From Syntrophales bacterium (lineage in GTDB: Bacteria; Desulfobacterota; Syntrophia; Syntrophales; PHBD01): 64,000 bases of DNA. This document shows positions 41,758-52,300 of the stretch, piece after piece (position 1 is the stretch's first letter; each line of letters starts with the position of its first letter). The notes beneath the pieces were generated by a model. It saw only the letters and a list, made by a program, of their open reading frames with translations, made no database searches and was not told where the DNA came from. Position numbers and translations under genes: made by a program. The stretch spans positions 4,256,001 through 4,320,000 of the forward strand of contig OY764159.1 of assembly GCA_963668175.1 (NCBI GenBank), in the 5' to 3' direction.

Positions 41758-42636
41758 TTAATGCGTCCCTCTTCTCGCCAAGATAATCAGCCGATCTGCT
41801 TTATTAATATCTATTCCGGTAATATCCTGGAAAGCGATTCTATAAGATAATTCGGCAAGTCTCTTCCATGGGGCTCGCTTCATACTATTCAGGGGGGCGG
41901 GAAGTAAGTCAATTGAAGTTTCCCCCGTAATTTTGATAATTTTAAAACCACTTTTCAAAAGGATGTGCTTCATCGAATTCAGAGTAGGAGCTCCCTGCAA
42001 GAAATCATTATATCTTGAGAAATACGAATTGTTATTTACATAGTACCTTGATAATCCCTGATGACATTTGATGAGCAAATATCCATCATCTTCAAGCATG
42101 TCTCTGAGTAATCCCAGGCACTGCGCCAGATTCGTAAAATAGTATATAGTCTCCAATACGGATATGATTTGATACTTCTGCCGCTTTATGACTTCAGGCA
42201 TATCATCCGGAAACATTCCGTTATATACCCGCAGTCCTTCGCTTTGAGCAAAGGTCACAGCATTCTGTTGGGGTTCAATACCAAACGATTCAAAACCGAG
42301 CCGTTCCAGGATATAACAGTAATTGCCGTCATACGCTCCGATATCCAGGGCTTTCCCAGATATTTTATCAATATTCTTCAAGATTATCCGTACGACCGGA
42401 TCGAACCCGCTAATTGCAGCCTTTGGATCTTTAAATACCTGGCCATCTTTATTTGTATAAAATGCGCCCAGATATCCACCATCGTCATCCTTATCAAAAC
42501 GCGGCCGGGGATAGAGTATGCCGCAGTCTCTACAGCAGTATATATCGCGAAGATAATCTTTCCTTCTCAGTCCGGGATTATTCTTCCGATATAAAGTCGC
42601 ATTTTCGTGATGACAGAAAGGACAGTCGTTATACAT
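41758..42636 (-). CDS. Class I SAM-dependent methyltransferase with N-terminal Zn-ribbon
   Basis: CPFC...CRDC, ALDIGAYDG, GIEP. Confidence 0.8.
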   Translation of the reverse strand: MYNDCPFCHHENATLYRKNNPGLRRKDYLRDIYCCRDCGILYPRPRFDKDDDGGYLGAFYTNKDGQVFKDPKAAISGFDPVVRIILKNIDKISGKALDIGAYDGNYCYILERLGFESFGIEPQQNAVTFAQSEGLRVYNGMFPDDMPEVIKRQKYQIISVLETIYYFTNLAQCLGLLRDMLEDDGYLLIKCHQGLSRYYVNNNSYFSRYNDFLQGAPTLNSMKHILLKSGFKIIKITGETSIDLLPAPLNSMKRAPWKRLAELSYRIAFQDITGIDINKADRLIILARRGTH

Positions 42637-42891
42637 AAATCCCTTTTCTTGCTATAATATTCTGAAACAAGAATCCTCATCGCTACAAGATCCGAATCAA
42701 CTCACTCTATTCTGGTTCTTGCTTCTGGCTTTCTTCATCTTCAGTTGATCTAAGTGAGTATTTAGGATAATGCTTTTTTATACAGATTTCTCGCATGATA
42801 CATTCTAACAGCATTATTCTAGGAAGAATCCGATATGCCTCTATGTTGGATAATGTCCAGCCGTAGCATACCGAATACGTGAATAGGCGGA

Positions 42892-43650
42892 TCACGAAGT
42901 GACGGGCATTCTGTCGTTAGTCATAAGCAGCGTTGAATAATAATCCTTGATTTTCTCAATTTCGATTTCTAATTGTCTTCCCTCTATATCTCTTTTAAAT
43001 GCCCTTCTCAGTATGGCCATTGAGCAGTTATACTCCGACATGATTTTAAGAATTTCCTTCGTTCGTAACGGACTGCCGCCACCGATGACAGTGAGACCCC
43101 CAAATCCAAAAGGACGGTCTGGTATTGATCTTCTTATCCGCCAAACGATATCGTGTTTAAGAACATCATATGCAAATGACAAATTATAATCGATCGCCAT
43201 GTCATTAAGACCGACATAATATTCGTCGAATCCTAAATCCTTCAAATCCGCCGCGATATCCACGGACGCTCTTGTTTCAAAGAGCAGACTTTTTTTGACG
43301 CCATTTCCGGCGAATTTTATAAAGCTTGCGACTTCTCCCGTTGTATGAAACATGGGGAGTATGACAATATCCGCTCCTTCAGAAGCAATCGCATGAATCT
43401 CCGCTTCACTTTCAGAATGTATCGGATTTGTTCGAGCCAAGATGGGAATGTGCACCGCCTTCCTTATTCTTCGCAGGTCCTCAAGCGATGCCTTATTGAC
43501 TTCGAGATGATACCCAGACTGCCTTTCGGATTTTCCTCTAAACTCGAAATCGACAACGATACGATCTATGCCGGCATCTTCAGCCCGTTTCGCCAGTTCT
43601 GGATCATGGGTGAATAGCATTAATGATGGCAATCGTGAGTACATCGGCAT
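42892..43650 (-). CDS. Aldolase/citrate-lyase (HpcH-like) fold protein
   Basis: DRIVVDFE, ARTNP, ILPMF, LLFET, YVGLND (metal-binding E and GxxD). Confidence 0.7.
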   Translation of the reverse strand: MPMYSRLPSLMLFTHDPELAKRAEDAGIDRIVVDFEFRGKSERQSGYHLEVNKASLEDLRRIRKAVHIPILARTNPIHSESEAEIHAIASEGADIVILPMFHTTGEVASFIKFAGNGVKKSLLFETRASVDIAADLKDLGFDEYYVGLNDMAIDYNLSFAYDVLKHDIVWRIRRSIPDRPFGFGGLTVIGGGSPLRTKEILKIMSEYNCSMAILRRAFKRDIEGRQLEIEIEKIKDYYSTLLMTNDRMPVTS

Positions 43651-43746
43651 TAAGATAGATATCGTCTGGGAGTTTCTTAAAAGATCTATTCCTGCTGGGT
43701 GAGTATTCTGAAATTACCAATTGGCAACTCGAAGGCCAAATGGAAT

Positions 43747-45462
43747 TTATGATGGCAATTTTGGCACCCATCCATATTTTCTTTCGATGAAGATATCATG
43801 CCAGTCTGAATATACGGCATCTTTATATCCTGAACGATCATATTTTCCATTGTTCCCCCATCCAAACCATATATTCACGGGCGCCATAAATCCTTTCTTA
43901 TCCTTTCGCTCCACAATCCCCGCTGGAACAAATTTCCGAGCAATTTCTTTAATAATGTACTTCGTTATACCGTCACGTATTTTATATTTATCAGGAAGTC
44001 CGAAACCAAACTCAAGTAATCGGTGGTCCACAAAAGGAGCTCTATTTTCGACACTGTATGCCATACTCATCCGATCGGACATATGGAGTATAATCTGAAG
44101 GGTCGTAAAGAAATCCGTCAAACCCATGCCGTGAATAACGCTTCCCGTAAGCTCAAACCAAGTGCTAATCTTATCATGTAAATATCTATTGTTACGTTCA
44201 TTATAAATGTCAGTGCTGCGGTTGATAAGTCGCATATAACGATCAACAGGACTGCCATAATATTTCTCTATCAGATAAGAATATTGATTCATCGCATCCA
44301 GTTTATATATCTGTTGATCGTTATTCAACAAATGATAACGGTGGTATCCTCCGAATATTTCATCTATACCTTCTCCCGTCAGAAAGACCCTGCTATGCTT
44401 GCTCAGCTCCTCCAAAACACAGAACATGCTGAAGCTTGTCCAGGTCGCCGGCAGATCAAGGTGATATGCGATCTTTCGACGATAGCGCATAAAATGCTCG
44501 GACGTAGGACGCACGATATGCAATTTTTTCCCGATATGCTTGGCTACCATTTCAGCATAGCCCAGCTCGCAATAGTCATCTCCATATTGGTCGTAAGTTG
44601 TTGTGTATATGAACTCAGGTTTCGAGATCGCCGCAACGATAGCACTGTCAACACCGCCGCTCACGAGGCAGGCATAATGATGCGCCGTATTTTTTGTTCT
44701 CAGTTCTATTGCATCGACTAAGAGATCGGTTAATTCTCTAACAATCCATGCTTCATCATCCGGAATGTTATTTATGTTTTCCGTAACCGTCCAGTAAAAA
44801 CCTTTTACAACACCCTTTTCGGAAACCTTAAGATATTGACCCGGCAGCAGGCAATATACATTCTTGAAAAGAGTCAATTCATCAATACATACTTCAAAAA
44901 CATCATATGATGGACATTCTTGATTCAGTTCGGGATCAACTGCACATAATATGCTTTTTATTTCACTTGCAAAATAGAAACGTTCACCGTCATCATAATA
45001 GAAAAGCGGTTTCTCGCCTACCTTATCTCTGACAAGAACGAGTTCGCGTTTGTTAAAATCATATAACGCATATGCATACATGCCGTTAAAATCTTTCGCA
45101 CCGTCGACGCCCCTTTCCTCATAGGCATGCAATACAACTTCAGTATCTGACAGCGTCTTAAATCGGTGTTTATTCTTCAGATTCGCTTTTACATCTTTGT
45201 AGTTATAAACTTCACCGTTGAATACCAGAGCCAGAGAGTGGTCTTCGTTAAGGTATGGAATCGGCTCTTCATTGGTGTTGATGATTGAAAGCCGGTTCAT
45301 ACCCAATCCACAGATGCCATCCGTGAAATGCCCTGTTTGATCAGGCCCCCGATACGACACAATATCGAGCATATTCTTTAAAAGGTTATCGGCTTTCTCA
45401 AGCCACCCCGCCGGAATTTGGGCAATGTTTTTCTTTAAATAAAATCCTGCTATGCCGCACAT
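43747..45462 (-). CDS. asnB: AsnB-like glutamine-hydrolysing amidotransferase
   Basis: MCGIAG, RGPD, NRLSII, FNGEVYN, VSGGVDS, TGEGIDEIFGGY. Confidence 0.92.
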   Translation of the reverse strand: MCGIAGFYLKKNIAQIPAGWLEKADNLLKNMLDIVSYRGPDQTGHFTDGICGLGMNRLSIINTNEEPIPYLNEDHSLALVFNGEVYNYKDVKANLKNKHRFKTLSDTEVVLHAYEERGVDGAKDFNGMYAYALYDFNKRELVLVRDKVGEKPLFYYDDGERFYFASEIKSILCAVDPELNQECPSYDVFEVCIDELTLFKNVYCLLPGQYLKVSEKGVVKGFYWTVTENINNIPDDEAWIVRELTDLLVDAIELRTKNTAHHYACLVSGGVDSAIVAAISKPEFIYTTTYDQYGDDYCELGYAEMVAKHIGKKLHIVRPTSEHFMRYRRKIAYHLDLPATWTSFSMFCVLEELSKHSRVFLTGEGIDEIFGGYHRYHLLNNDQQIYKLDAMNQYSYLIEKYYGSPVDRYMRLINRSTDIYNERNNRYLHDKISTWFELTGSVIHGMGLTDFFTTLQIILHMSDRMSMAYSVENRAPFVDHRLLEFGFGLPDKYKIRDGITKYIIKEIARKFVPAGIVERKDKKGFMAPVNIWFGWGNNGKYDRSGYKDAVYSDWHDIFIERKYGWVPKLPS

Positions 45463-45466
45463 AATA

Positions 45467-46813
45467 TTACTTATTCCATCCTGGTATACCTATTTGGCGA
45501 TATGATATCTTGTTTTCATCCCATGGTTTGTTTTTCCAGATTCCCATATTGTCTATAATCAAACGGCAGTTCTTCATTTTTTCCCTTAATATGCTCCAGG
45601 AAATCCGCTTGAAGTCTCTGTGTCCGACAGTAACTACTACAGCATCAAAGTCGGCAAGACCATCAGGATAATCGAAGATATCCAAACCAACGATCGTTTG
45701 AACTTCATCTTTGGAGAAGAACGGGTCATAACACATGATTCTAGATACTTTACCCTTTAAATATTGGGCAATCCTCAAGGCGGGGCTCATGGTGGCAACC
45801 TTGATATTCGATTTGTACGAAATTCCCAAAATGCCAACACGTTCTGCCTTGTTGTGTAAAAGAACATCGGCAATCATTTTCGGCATACTCAGATCTGCGT
45901 AATTTGTTTCACGAAAGATTGACAGGTATTCTGGAGAATTCGCTCCTTCCATAACATATTGAGCTGCGGAAGGCACATCGTAACCACCGGAACCGAAACT
46001 GGGTTGGAAGAGGGGTATTTTGCTCCGCATGGATGCCAGACGCAGGGTCTCTTGGATATCTAAGTCGGGAAAGGCCAAAGCCAACTGATTTGCCATGGTC
46101 ATACCCATTTGCGCATAGCTGTTTTCGACACTTTTCACTAATTCTGCGACGTGATAGTCTGAAGTCTCTATAACATCAACACCGATGATTTCCATTACTT
46201 CTACAACAGTATTGATTGCGTCTGACGTGATGGCCGAGGCAATGCGCGGGGCATCAAACAACCTGCCGTTTTCGTCAAACCAGTCTGTACGTGAACATAT
46301 GCCGATGTTGATGTTATCACCGGGAATGAGTCCATTTTCCTTCAAAAAGGGAATGATCAATCTGTCTAAAGTTCCCGGAATTAAGGAGGATTCGATAATC
46401 AACAGGGGCGGAATCTTCTTGTGAAGATCTTTAATGCCAATAAATACCTTCAATGCATCCATGATCCATTTATTGGAAGGTGTGCTCTCTGATTGCGTTG
46501 GAACAGATATGATATGTACTAGGATGGCGGGATCAACAAGCCCTTGATAGTCGCTTTTGACTTCCAGGCAATGAGATATATCTGAATTCGTAGGAACAAA
46601 ACCCAGATATCCGCGGAGAATGTCAGACGGCATAAACTCGGATTTCAGCCGTTTCAATCTTTCCGGGCTATAGTCGGAAACGACGCAATGAATTCCATTG
46701 GCGATATACTTTGCCAAATCAGAATATCCCAGATATCCTATTCCCCATATTCCAAGTTTCGCATCCCCGGACAACAGCAGCTCACTGTATTTGGTCAGCA
46801 TATCTTTCTCCAT
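45467..46813 (-). CDS. UDP-glucose/GDP-mannose dehydrogenase-family protein with catalytic Cys replaced by Asp
   Basis: GIWGIGYLG, ISVPT, IESS, AELVKSVENSY, SFGSGGYDVP (canonical GGxC), ILGISYK, YDP. Confidence 0.8.
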   Translation of the reverse strand: MEKDMLTKYSELLLSGDAKLGIWGIGYLGYSDLAKYIANGIHCVVSDYSPERLKRLKSEFMPSDILRGYLGFVPTNSDISHCLEVKSDYQGLVDPAILVHIISVPTQSESTPSNKWIMDALKVFIGIKDLHKKIPPLLIIESSLIPGTLDRLIIPFLKENGLIPGDNINIGICSRTDWFDENGRLFDAPRIASAITSDAINTVVEVMEIIGVDVIETSDYHVAELVKSVENSYAQMGMTMANQLALAFPDLDIQETLRLASMRSKIPLFQPSFGSGGYDVPSAAQYVMEGANSPEYLSIFRETNYADLSMPKMIADVLLHNKAERVGILGISYKSNIKVATMSPALRIAQYLKGKVSRIMCYDPFFSKDEVQTIVGLDIFDYPDGLADFDAVVVTVGHRDFKRISWSILREKMKNCRLIIDNMGIWKNKPWDENKISYRQIGIPGWNK

Positions 46814-46849
46814 TAAGGCTAATAAAGAGTTTCTAATTAAGAACGGATT

Positions 46850-47884
46850 CTATTTCTTAACGAGACTTAACCTAACCTCTCCTTCATCGCCCCAGAATTC
46901 CTTGCCGTAAGGTTGACTTAAAAGATCTTTCACATCATCGTCCCCTGTGGCGCCCTTGAGAACATGATGCTCGTATTTACAGTATCTGGACAACATGGCA
47001 TGCACCTCCGAATAATCATAATATTTTCTTATAGGGACATAAACATTGTCAGAAAATAAGTAGAATTTATTCTCCCTGAGGTGAAATTGCCGCAATATTC
47101 GAGTTGCCGTGGAATAACTCACATTCTTCAGCGCGTCCTTGAAAATATCATACATCTCCCAGAAGATTCCGCCTTTTCCATAAAGGTAGAGCCAGAACGA
47201 GCCTCCGTGCTTAAGTACCCTCAGATGCTCACTCAATCCCTTTTCTGTATTTTCGATGTGATGCAAAACGCCGTTGGAGATGACGACATCAAAATAATTA
47301 TCTTCAAAATCCATACGATCAACACTCATCTCGCGGAAGGATACATTGTTCAATCCCAGTCTTTTCTTTTGTTTATCTGCAAAAAAGATACTACGAGTTC
47401 CTATATCTACCCCAACTGACTCTGCCGCTCCTAATTGCGCCATGGCGATGGCAAACCGTCCGGTTCCGCATCCACCATCCAGACATCTCTTCCCCTTGAA
47501 GAAATAGGCGTCCATTCCGTTGGCTGCGAGACGTTTATGAATCAGTACCAGCGACTCATCATAGGTCTTTTCCGAATAGCTGGTCCAAGCCGTCTCGTAG
47601 AGCTCTTTTACGGACAAAGTGTGTTCTTCATCCATGTCTGCAAATGAACGATTATCAAATATTGGGTACGCCAGGAATAAAGCCATATTCTCCGACTGCT
47701 TGAGCAATGCGTCTGTCAGAGTCGTATAAGGGTTTCTCTTGCCGGACTCAAATTCGTGCAGATGTTGACTTATAACTGCTACGTTCAAGACTTTAAGATA
47801 GGCACCTGCTCCTGAATCTGAAATGGAATCCATCTTTTTTTTCCATTCGACGAGTGCGCCATAAAATTTATCTTTATCGTTCAT
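46850..47884 (-). CDS. Class I SAM-dependent methyltransferase
   Basis: CLDGGCGTGR, GVDIG, FDVVISNGVLHH, RVLKHGG; ATG 47884 avoids the long overlap of the ORF-track start (48061). Confidence 0.85.
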   Translation of the reverse strand: MNDKDKFYGALVEWKKKMDSISDSGAGAYLKVLNVAVISQHLHEFESGKRNPYTTLTDALLKQSENMALFLAYPIFDNRSFADMDEEHTLSVKELYETAWTSYSEKTYDESLVLIHKRLAANGMDAYFFKGKRCLDGGCGTGRFAIAMAQLGAAESVGVDIGTRSIFFADKQKKRLGLNNVSFREMSVDRMDFEDNYFDVVISNGVLHHIENTEKGLSEHLRVLKHGGSFWLYLYGKGGIFWEMYDIFKDALKNVSYSTATRILRQFHLRENKFYLFSDNVYVPIRKYYDYSEVHAMLSRYCKYEHHVLKGATGDDDVKDLLSQPYGKEFWGDEGEVRLSLVKK

Positions 47885-47954
47885 TTTTCTATCGTCACTT
47901 TCATAGTCTGTTATTACACCGATATGTTTCCTGCCATTTAAGAGGCTATCTTCC

Positions 47955-49742
47955 TTAGGAAATCTTTTCGAGTAAGAAGGTCCCCATCTGCAGTGCGTCA
48001 AGTTCAGAATTTTCGAAGACATGCAATGCATCGGTTGGTGTATTGACAATGGGAAATCCATGCAGATTGAAAGATGTGTTCAGAATTCCATAGACACCTG
48101 TATGATCGCCAAACGCTTTTATAAGCGCATGATAGTCACTATTCGTTTTACTCGAGACGATCTGTGGTCTGCAAGTCTTGTCCATTGGATGCAGAGCCGC
48201 TTCGAGGGCCCGTCGACCTTCTTGCGTCGTATCGAACGCAACTGTCATGAATGGTGCTTTTAGGTGCTTTGGGTTTACTAAATATGTATCCGCATACTCT
48301 TCTATGATCGAGGCGGCAAATGGCATCCAGAAATCCCTGTTTTTTATTTTCTCATTGATTATTCTTACAATCTTGTCATCCATCGGATTTGCTAATATTG
48401 ACCTGTTTCCCAATGCTCTGGCGCCAAATTCCATCCGTCCGTTAAGACGACCAATAATCTTCCCATCTGCCAATAATCGAGCGATCAGATTATTGCCGGC
48501 ATTCGGCGTTATCCTATATTTATTTCCGACATGATACCGATCCATCGCGGTCTTAATATCAGCATCATCATATTCAGGCCCTAAATAGACATGTTCCAAA
48601 ACGGGAATGTTGTTCGCCGACATATCGTTGTTTTGACAGTAATCATAAAATGCGGCATAAGCGGCACCAATTGCCAGAGATTCATCACCGCCGCTAGGGG
48701 CGACAAAATAATCCTCTACTTCCTCCAATTTACTGATTTGCATACTGGCTTTAACATTCATGGAAACACCCCCGCTGAAAACCACACTTCTGACACCTGT
48801 TTTCCGTATACCATTGACGATCCACGCAGTCAGAAGCTCTTCCACGTATTTCTGCAATCCTGCCGCGATGCCGTCAAAACGATATCCCTCCAAGCGGTCC
48901 CGATAATAGAAGTACATATCCGGCGGGCGATTCATGTAGGTGAAGTCCAGATCATCAACTCTCATTGATTCCCTGAATACTTCATATGGGCCCCTATATA
49001 TCGGCTCAAGGGCATACGGTGCCAAGCCCATTACCTTGTATTCATGTTCACCGGGTTTCATCCCCAGAAGCAGAGTTATATATCTATATAACCGGCCTAT
49101 GTTGCATGAGGCGGAAGAGAAGATGTTTTCAAGCTTACCGCCGCGGAAAGCGCTCACTGTTCCGTTAGAGGTTTCACCGAATCCATCTGCGGTGTAAACC
49201 AAAACATCTCTATCCCGGAAAGGACTGCCGAAAAGAGCATACATGGCATGGCACAAGTGGTGCTCAAAAAACTTTATCTTTTGTGCGGGAATACCGGTAT
49301 GTCTTTGAACGGCATTTCGTCGGAAGTCCCGGTAAGATATATATTTATCCGGAGAGTAGTAGGATATCGAATTCCAACCTCCTGGCGGCATGTCATAATC
49401 GATTTTATCCGGAAACACGTCAAGATAGTTTTTGTCTATCCCTTCGTAAAGCCTCGGATACCAATACTCTTTCTGTTCACGTATACTATCCTTTATTGAA
49501 AAAGACCCCGCCGCGCTTTTGGTTACTATCCTGTCTGGGTCCATGTCAATCGTGGCAATCGCAACTAAATCAATATCATCCCGGTTAACACATGATAAGC
49601 AGTAATCTATTGCCTTCATAGGATATCCCATTTCGTTTTTAAGCCGGGTGAAACGTTCTTCGCTCGCACAGGCCAGTATTTTACCATCATGCATAACGGC
49701 CGCTGTGCAACTGGTTCCCATTGTGATACCAAGTATGTTCAT
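47955..49742 (-). CDS. O-carbamoyltransferase (NodU/CmcH/TobZ family)
   Basis: SEERFTR, EHHLCHA, ADGFGE, EYKVMGLAPY, SGGVSMN, EFGARALGNRSILA, NTSFNLHG. Confidence 0.92.
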   Translation of the reverse strand: MNILGITMGTSCTAAVMHDGKILACASEERFTRLKNEMGYPMKAIDYCLSCVNRDDIDLVAIATIDMDPDRIVTKSAAGSFSIKDSIREQKEYWYPRLYEGIDKNYLDVFPDKIDYDMPPGGWNSISYYSPDKYISYRDFRRNAVQRHTGIPAQKIKFFEHHLCHAMYALFGSPFRDRDVLVYTADGFGETSNGTVSAFRGGKLENIFSSASCNIGRLYRYITLLLGMKPGEHEYKVMGLAPYALEPIYRGPYEVFRESMRVDDLDFTYMNRPPDMYFYYRDRLEGYRFDGIAAGLQKYVEELLTAWIVNGIRKTGVRSVVFSGGVSMNVKASMQISKLEEVEDYFVAPSGGDESLAIGAAYAAFYDYCQNNDMSANNIPVLEHVYLGPEYDDADIKTAMDRYHVGNKYRITPNAGNNLIARLLADGKIIGRLNGRMEFGARALGNRSILANPMDDKIVRIINEKIKNRDFWMPFAASIIEEYADTYLVNPKHLKAPFMTVAFDTTQEGRRALEAALHPMDKTCRPQIVSSKTNSDYHALIKAFGDHTGVYGILNTSFNLHGFPIVNTPTDALHVFENSELDALQMGTFLLEKIS

Positions 49743-49755
49743 ACCTCTCCTTTTG

Positions 49756-51045
49756 TTAACTATTTATCGAGGCTTCTTTCAGGTAATCGATCTGCTCAAA
49801 TACCTTTCGGAAAGCCAGAATCATCTCTTCTATATCTTCAAACGACTGCGGAGGCCGGATGAGTTCGGAAGAGAGGGTCGCGCTAACCATTTTCTCGGCA
49901 ACGGGAAGGTGTTTCATCGAATAATCAACATTTCCGGCATAAAAGGGGCATGAAAAAGGACACCCTTTATTGCCATAACCGACTCTTTTCTGGTAAAGCG
50001 GATATAAATTCAAAGGAATATAATCCGCGTTAAAAGGTATCCCCTCCGCATTTAGTGCCTTTGCAAGGATATTTGCCGGCACCTTTATCTTACCAGTATC
50101 CAAACGGATAGTGTACCTGTAGTAAGTATGTGTACAGTCCCGCTTCACGACCGGCGGAATCAGACCTTCGATATCCCGTATGCCCCGTTCAAAATGATCG
50201 ACGAGTGCCTTTCGCTTTATCAGCATGTCGTTCAATTTATCGGTTTGAGCCATCATGATCGCTGCTTCAATTTCATTCATGCGGTAATTCCATCCAATGA
50301 TGTTTGTAGGGTCGCAAACTGTCATGCCTGTGGCAACAACCGCCTCTCCATGGTTTCTTATCAACTGAAGCCGCTTGGCAAGCTCATCATCATTCGTTAC
50401 GACAGCACCGCCCTCGCCGCATTGGATGATCTTATTGCAGTTAAAACTGAAGACACCCATATGACCTATGGTGCCGGTCAGTTTTCCCTTGTAATATCCT
50501 CCCGGCGACTGCGCTGCGTCTTCAATGACCGTGAGGTTGTGCTTTGCGGCAAGTTCCATGATCGGGTCCATGTCCGCAGGATGACCATAGATATGAACAG
50601 GCATCAGTGCCTTGGTATAAGGAGTGATAAGCCGTTCAACCGACTTTGGGTCCATGCAGAAGGTATCTTCCTGAATATCGCAGAAGACAGGTACGGCATT
50701 GAAGGATAAAATGGCTGTCGCCGTTGCCGTCATGGTCCAAGGCGTAACGATAACTTCATCGCCGGGCCCTACACCGGCAGCCCCAATGGCGGCATAAAGC
50801 CCTGATGTCGCCGAGTTGACACTGACCGTATGTCGAACACGGAATCGTTCGGACCACTTCCTTTCAAAAGCTTTGACATACTCGCCGCCCAGAAAATGTT
50901 CGTTGTTGGATCCCATGAATTCCGAAAGGATGCCGGAGTCCATGACCTCCATAACCATTTTCTTCTCCTCCTCTCCGGTTGTCCGGTGGCGAGGGAAAGG
51001 CGTCCTTCTTACGGGATTACCGCCAAATATTGCCAATTTTTCCAT
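49756..51045 (-). CDS. DegT-family PLP aminotransferase (close paralog of 24527..25792)
   Basis: MEKLAIFGG, VNSATSGL, IEDAAQ, FSFNCNKIIQCGEGG, RNHGE, GWNYRM; ATG 51045 preferred. Confidence 0.92.
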   Translation of the reverse strand: MEKLAIFGGNPVRRTPFPRHRTTGEEEKKMVMEVMDSGILSEFMGSNNEHFLGGEYVKAFERKWSERFRVRHTVSVNSATSGLYAAIGAAGVGPGDEVIVTPWTMTATATAILSFNAVPVFCDIQEDTFCMDPKSVERLITPYTKALMPVHIYGHPADMDPIMELAAKHNLTVIEDAAQSPGGYYKGKLTGTIGHMGVFSFNCNKIIQCGEGGAVVTNDDELAKRLQLIRNHGEAVVATGMTVCDPTNIIGWNYRMNEIEAAIMMAQTDKLNDMLIKRKALVDHFERGIRDIEGLIPPVVKRDCTHTYYRYTIRLDTGKIKVPANILAKALNAEGIPFNADYIPLNLYPLYQKRVGYGNKGCPFSCPFYAGNVDYSMKHLPVAEKMVSATLSSELIRPPQSFEDIEEMILAFRKVFEQIDYLKEASINS

Positions 51046-51075
51046 ATGCCCAACCTGCATCAACAAGAATTCATT

Positions 51076-52227
51076 CTATCGCCGCTTTCTCGAATCGACG
51101 ATCTTCCAGATACGTTTATCAGCATCCTCCATGACAGGGTAATTCTTTATGCCTTCTGCGTAACTTTCCCTGTAAGACGGATCATTCAGTAATCTGTCCA
51201 GCAACTGGCTCATTTCTGTGCGTGTCGAAATAAATGGAATAATGCCTTGATTTACGGCTTCACACAAGTCCGTCTGTTTTGCACCCACCTGAATGCTTAT
51301 CGTAGGCCTGCCCAACGCGACGGATTCCATCAGCATTATGGAAGCCATACCGACAACAAGATCCGAAGCCTGCAGTAGCGGCACTTTATCAATCTCATCC
51401 GTGATAAAGACGGGCGCCAACACTTTCCAGCTTTGGGGAAATTCCAATTCGAGCTCATGGAATGCATCAGGACTGTCTTTGGGGTGTTTCTTAATTACTA
51501 ATTTCATCCTATGCTTGCCGTCGAAGAGCGCATCCCTGCTCTTAAAATAAACCAACAATTCCTTCAGAATAGATAATTCCGTATATCCGATTTTATCTCC
51601 ATAAGAAGATGTGAAAGGTTCTGAAATGAACGATATGATTTTCTGATTATCTTCTAACTTCAACGTCCTTCTGATAGCCTCGATTTCCCCGGCATCTACC
51701 TTCGTCATCATCCGCCTTAACCTCGATAGACTGGGATGCCCTGTTATGATAATCCGGTTTTCAGGTATTCCGTCCCGAATCATGCCTGAACGGGCTGATT
51801 CATCCATGACACAGATGACATCCGGCAAATATCCGTTAATTTTCTCACCGTGCGGCCCGCTGAATCGTTCTTTATAGTTCTGCCACTGGTCCAATATCGC
51901 AATGCTAGGAACCTTTCTTATCGAGGCCCACTGCCACATATACTTTTCGGTCATATCTTGCTCGGGTATGCTCGACGCGGAAGTCAGCACCGCTTCCGCG
52001 GGGATAAGTTTCTGAATGTCATCCAGATAACTGTTCAGATCTTTTTGCTGAGACCCGCTATATCGAGCGAAAGACAGATCATGGGAAGCAAATACTTTAC
52101 AGGCATATTCTTTACCTATCAAGACATATAAACTATCAGGCTGATTCTTCAGCACGAGCGCTAACGCCTCCGCGCCCCCCGGCTCCCGGGCAAAGCAATA
52201 CACTTTTCCATTCTTTTTTTCAGTCAC
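51076..52227 (-). CDS. Orphan GT-B-like protein (paralog of 21630..22748)
   Basis: REPGGAE, IIITGHP, IKKHPK, SDLVVGMASIMLMESVALG. Confidence 0.5.
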   Translation of the reverse strand: MTEKKNGKVYCFAREPGGAEALALVLKNQPDSLYVLIGKEYACKVFASHDLSFARYSGSQQKDLNSYLDDIQKLIPAEAVLTSASSIPEQDMTEKYMWQWASIRKVPSIAILDQWQNYKERFSGPHGEKINGYLPDVICVMDESARSGMIRDGIPENRIIITGHPSLSRLRRMMTKVDAGEIEAIRRTLKLEDNQKIISFISEPFTSSYGDKIGYTELSILKELLVYFKSRDALFDGKHRMKLVIKKHPKDSPDAFHELELEFPQSWKVLAPVFITDEIDKVPLLQASDLVVGMASIMLMESVALGRPTISIQVGAKQTDLCEAVNQGIIPFISTRTEMSQLLDRLLNDPSYRESYAEGIKNYPVMEDADKRIWKIVDSRKRR

Positions 52228-52300
52228 GTTTCTGTATTAAGGCGCTCAGGGGACATCTATGGTGAGACATCCGGGTTGTACGCTTGGAATCGATATGGTA

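Noticed and set aside
42707..42895. 62-aa minus-strand ORF overlapping the aldolase-like gene stop (GTGA)
   Set aside because: Short, no motif and no clear RBS; cannot be distinguished from chance
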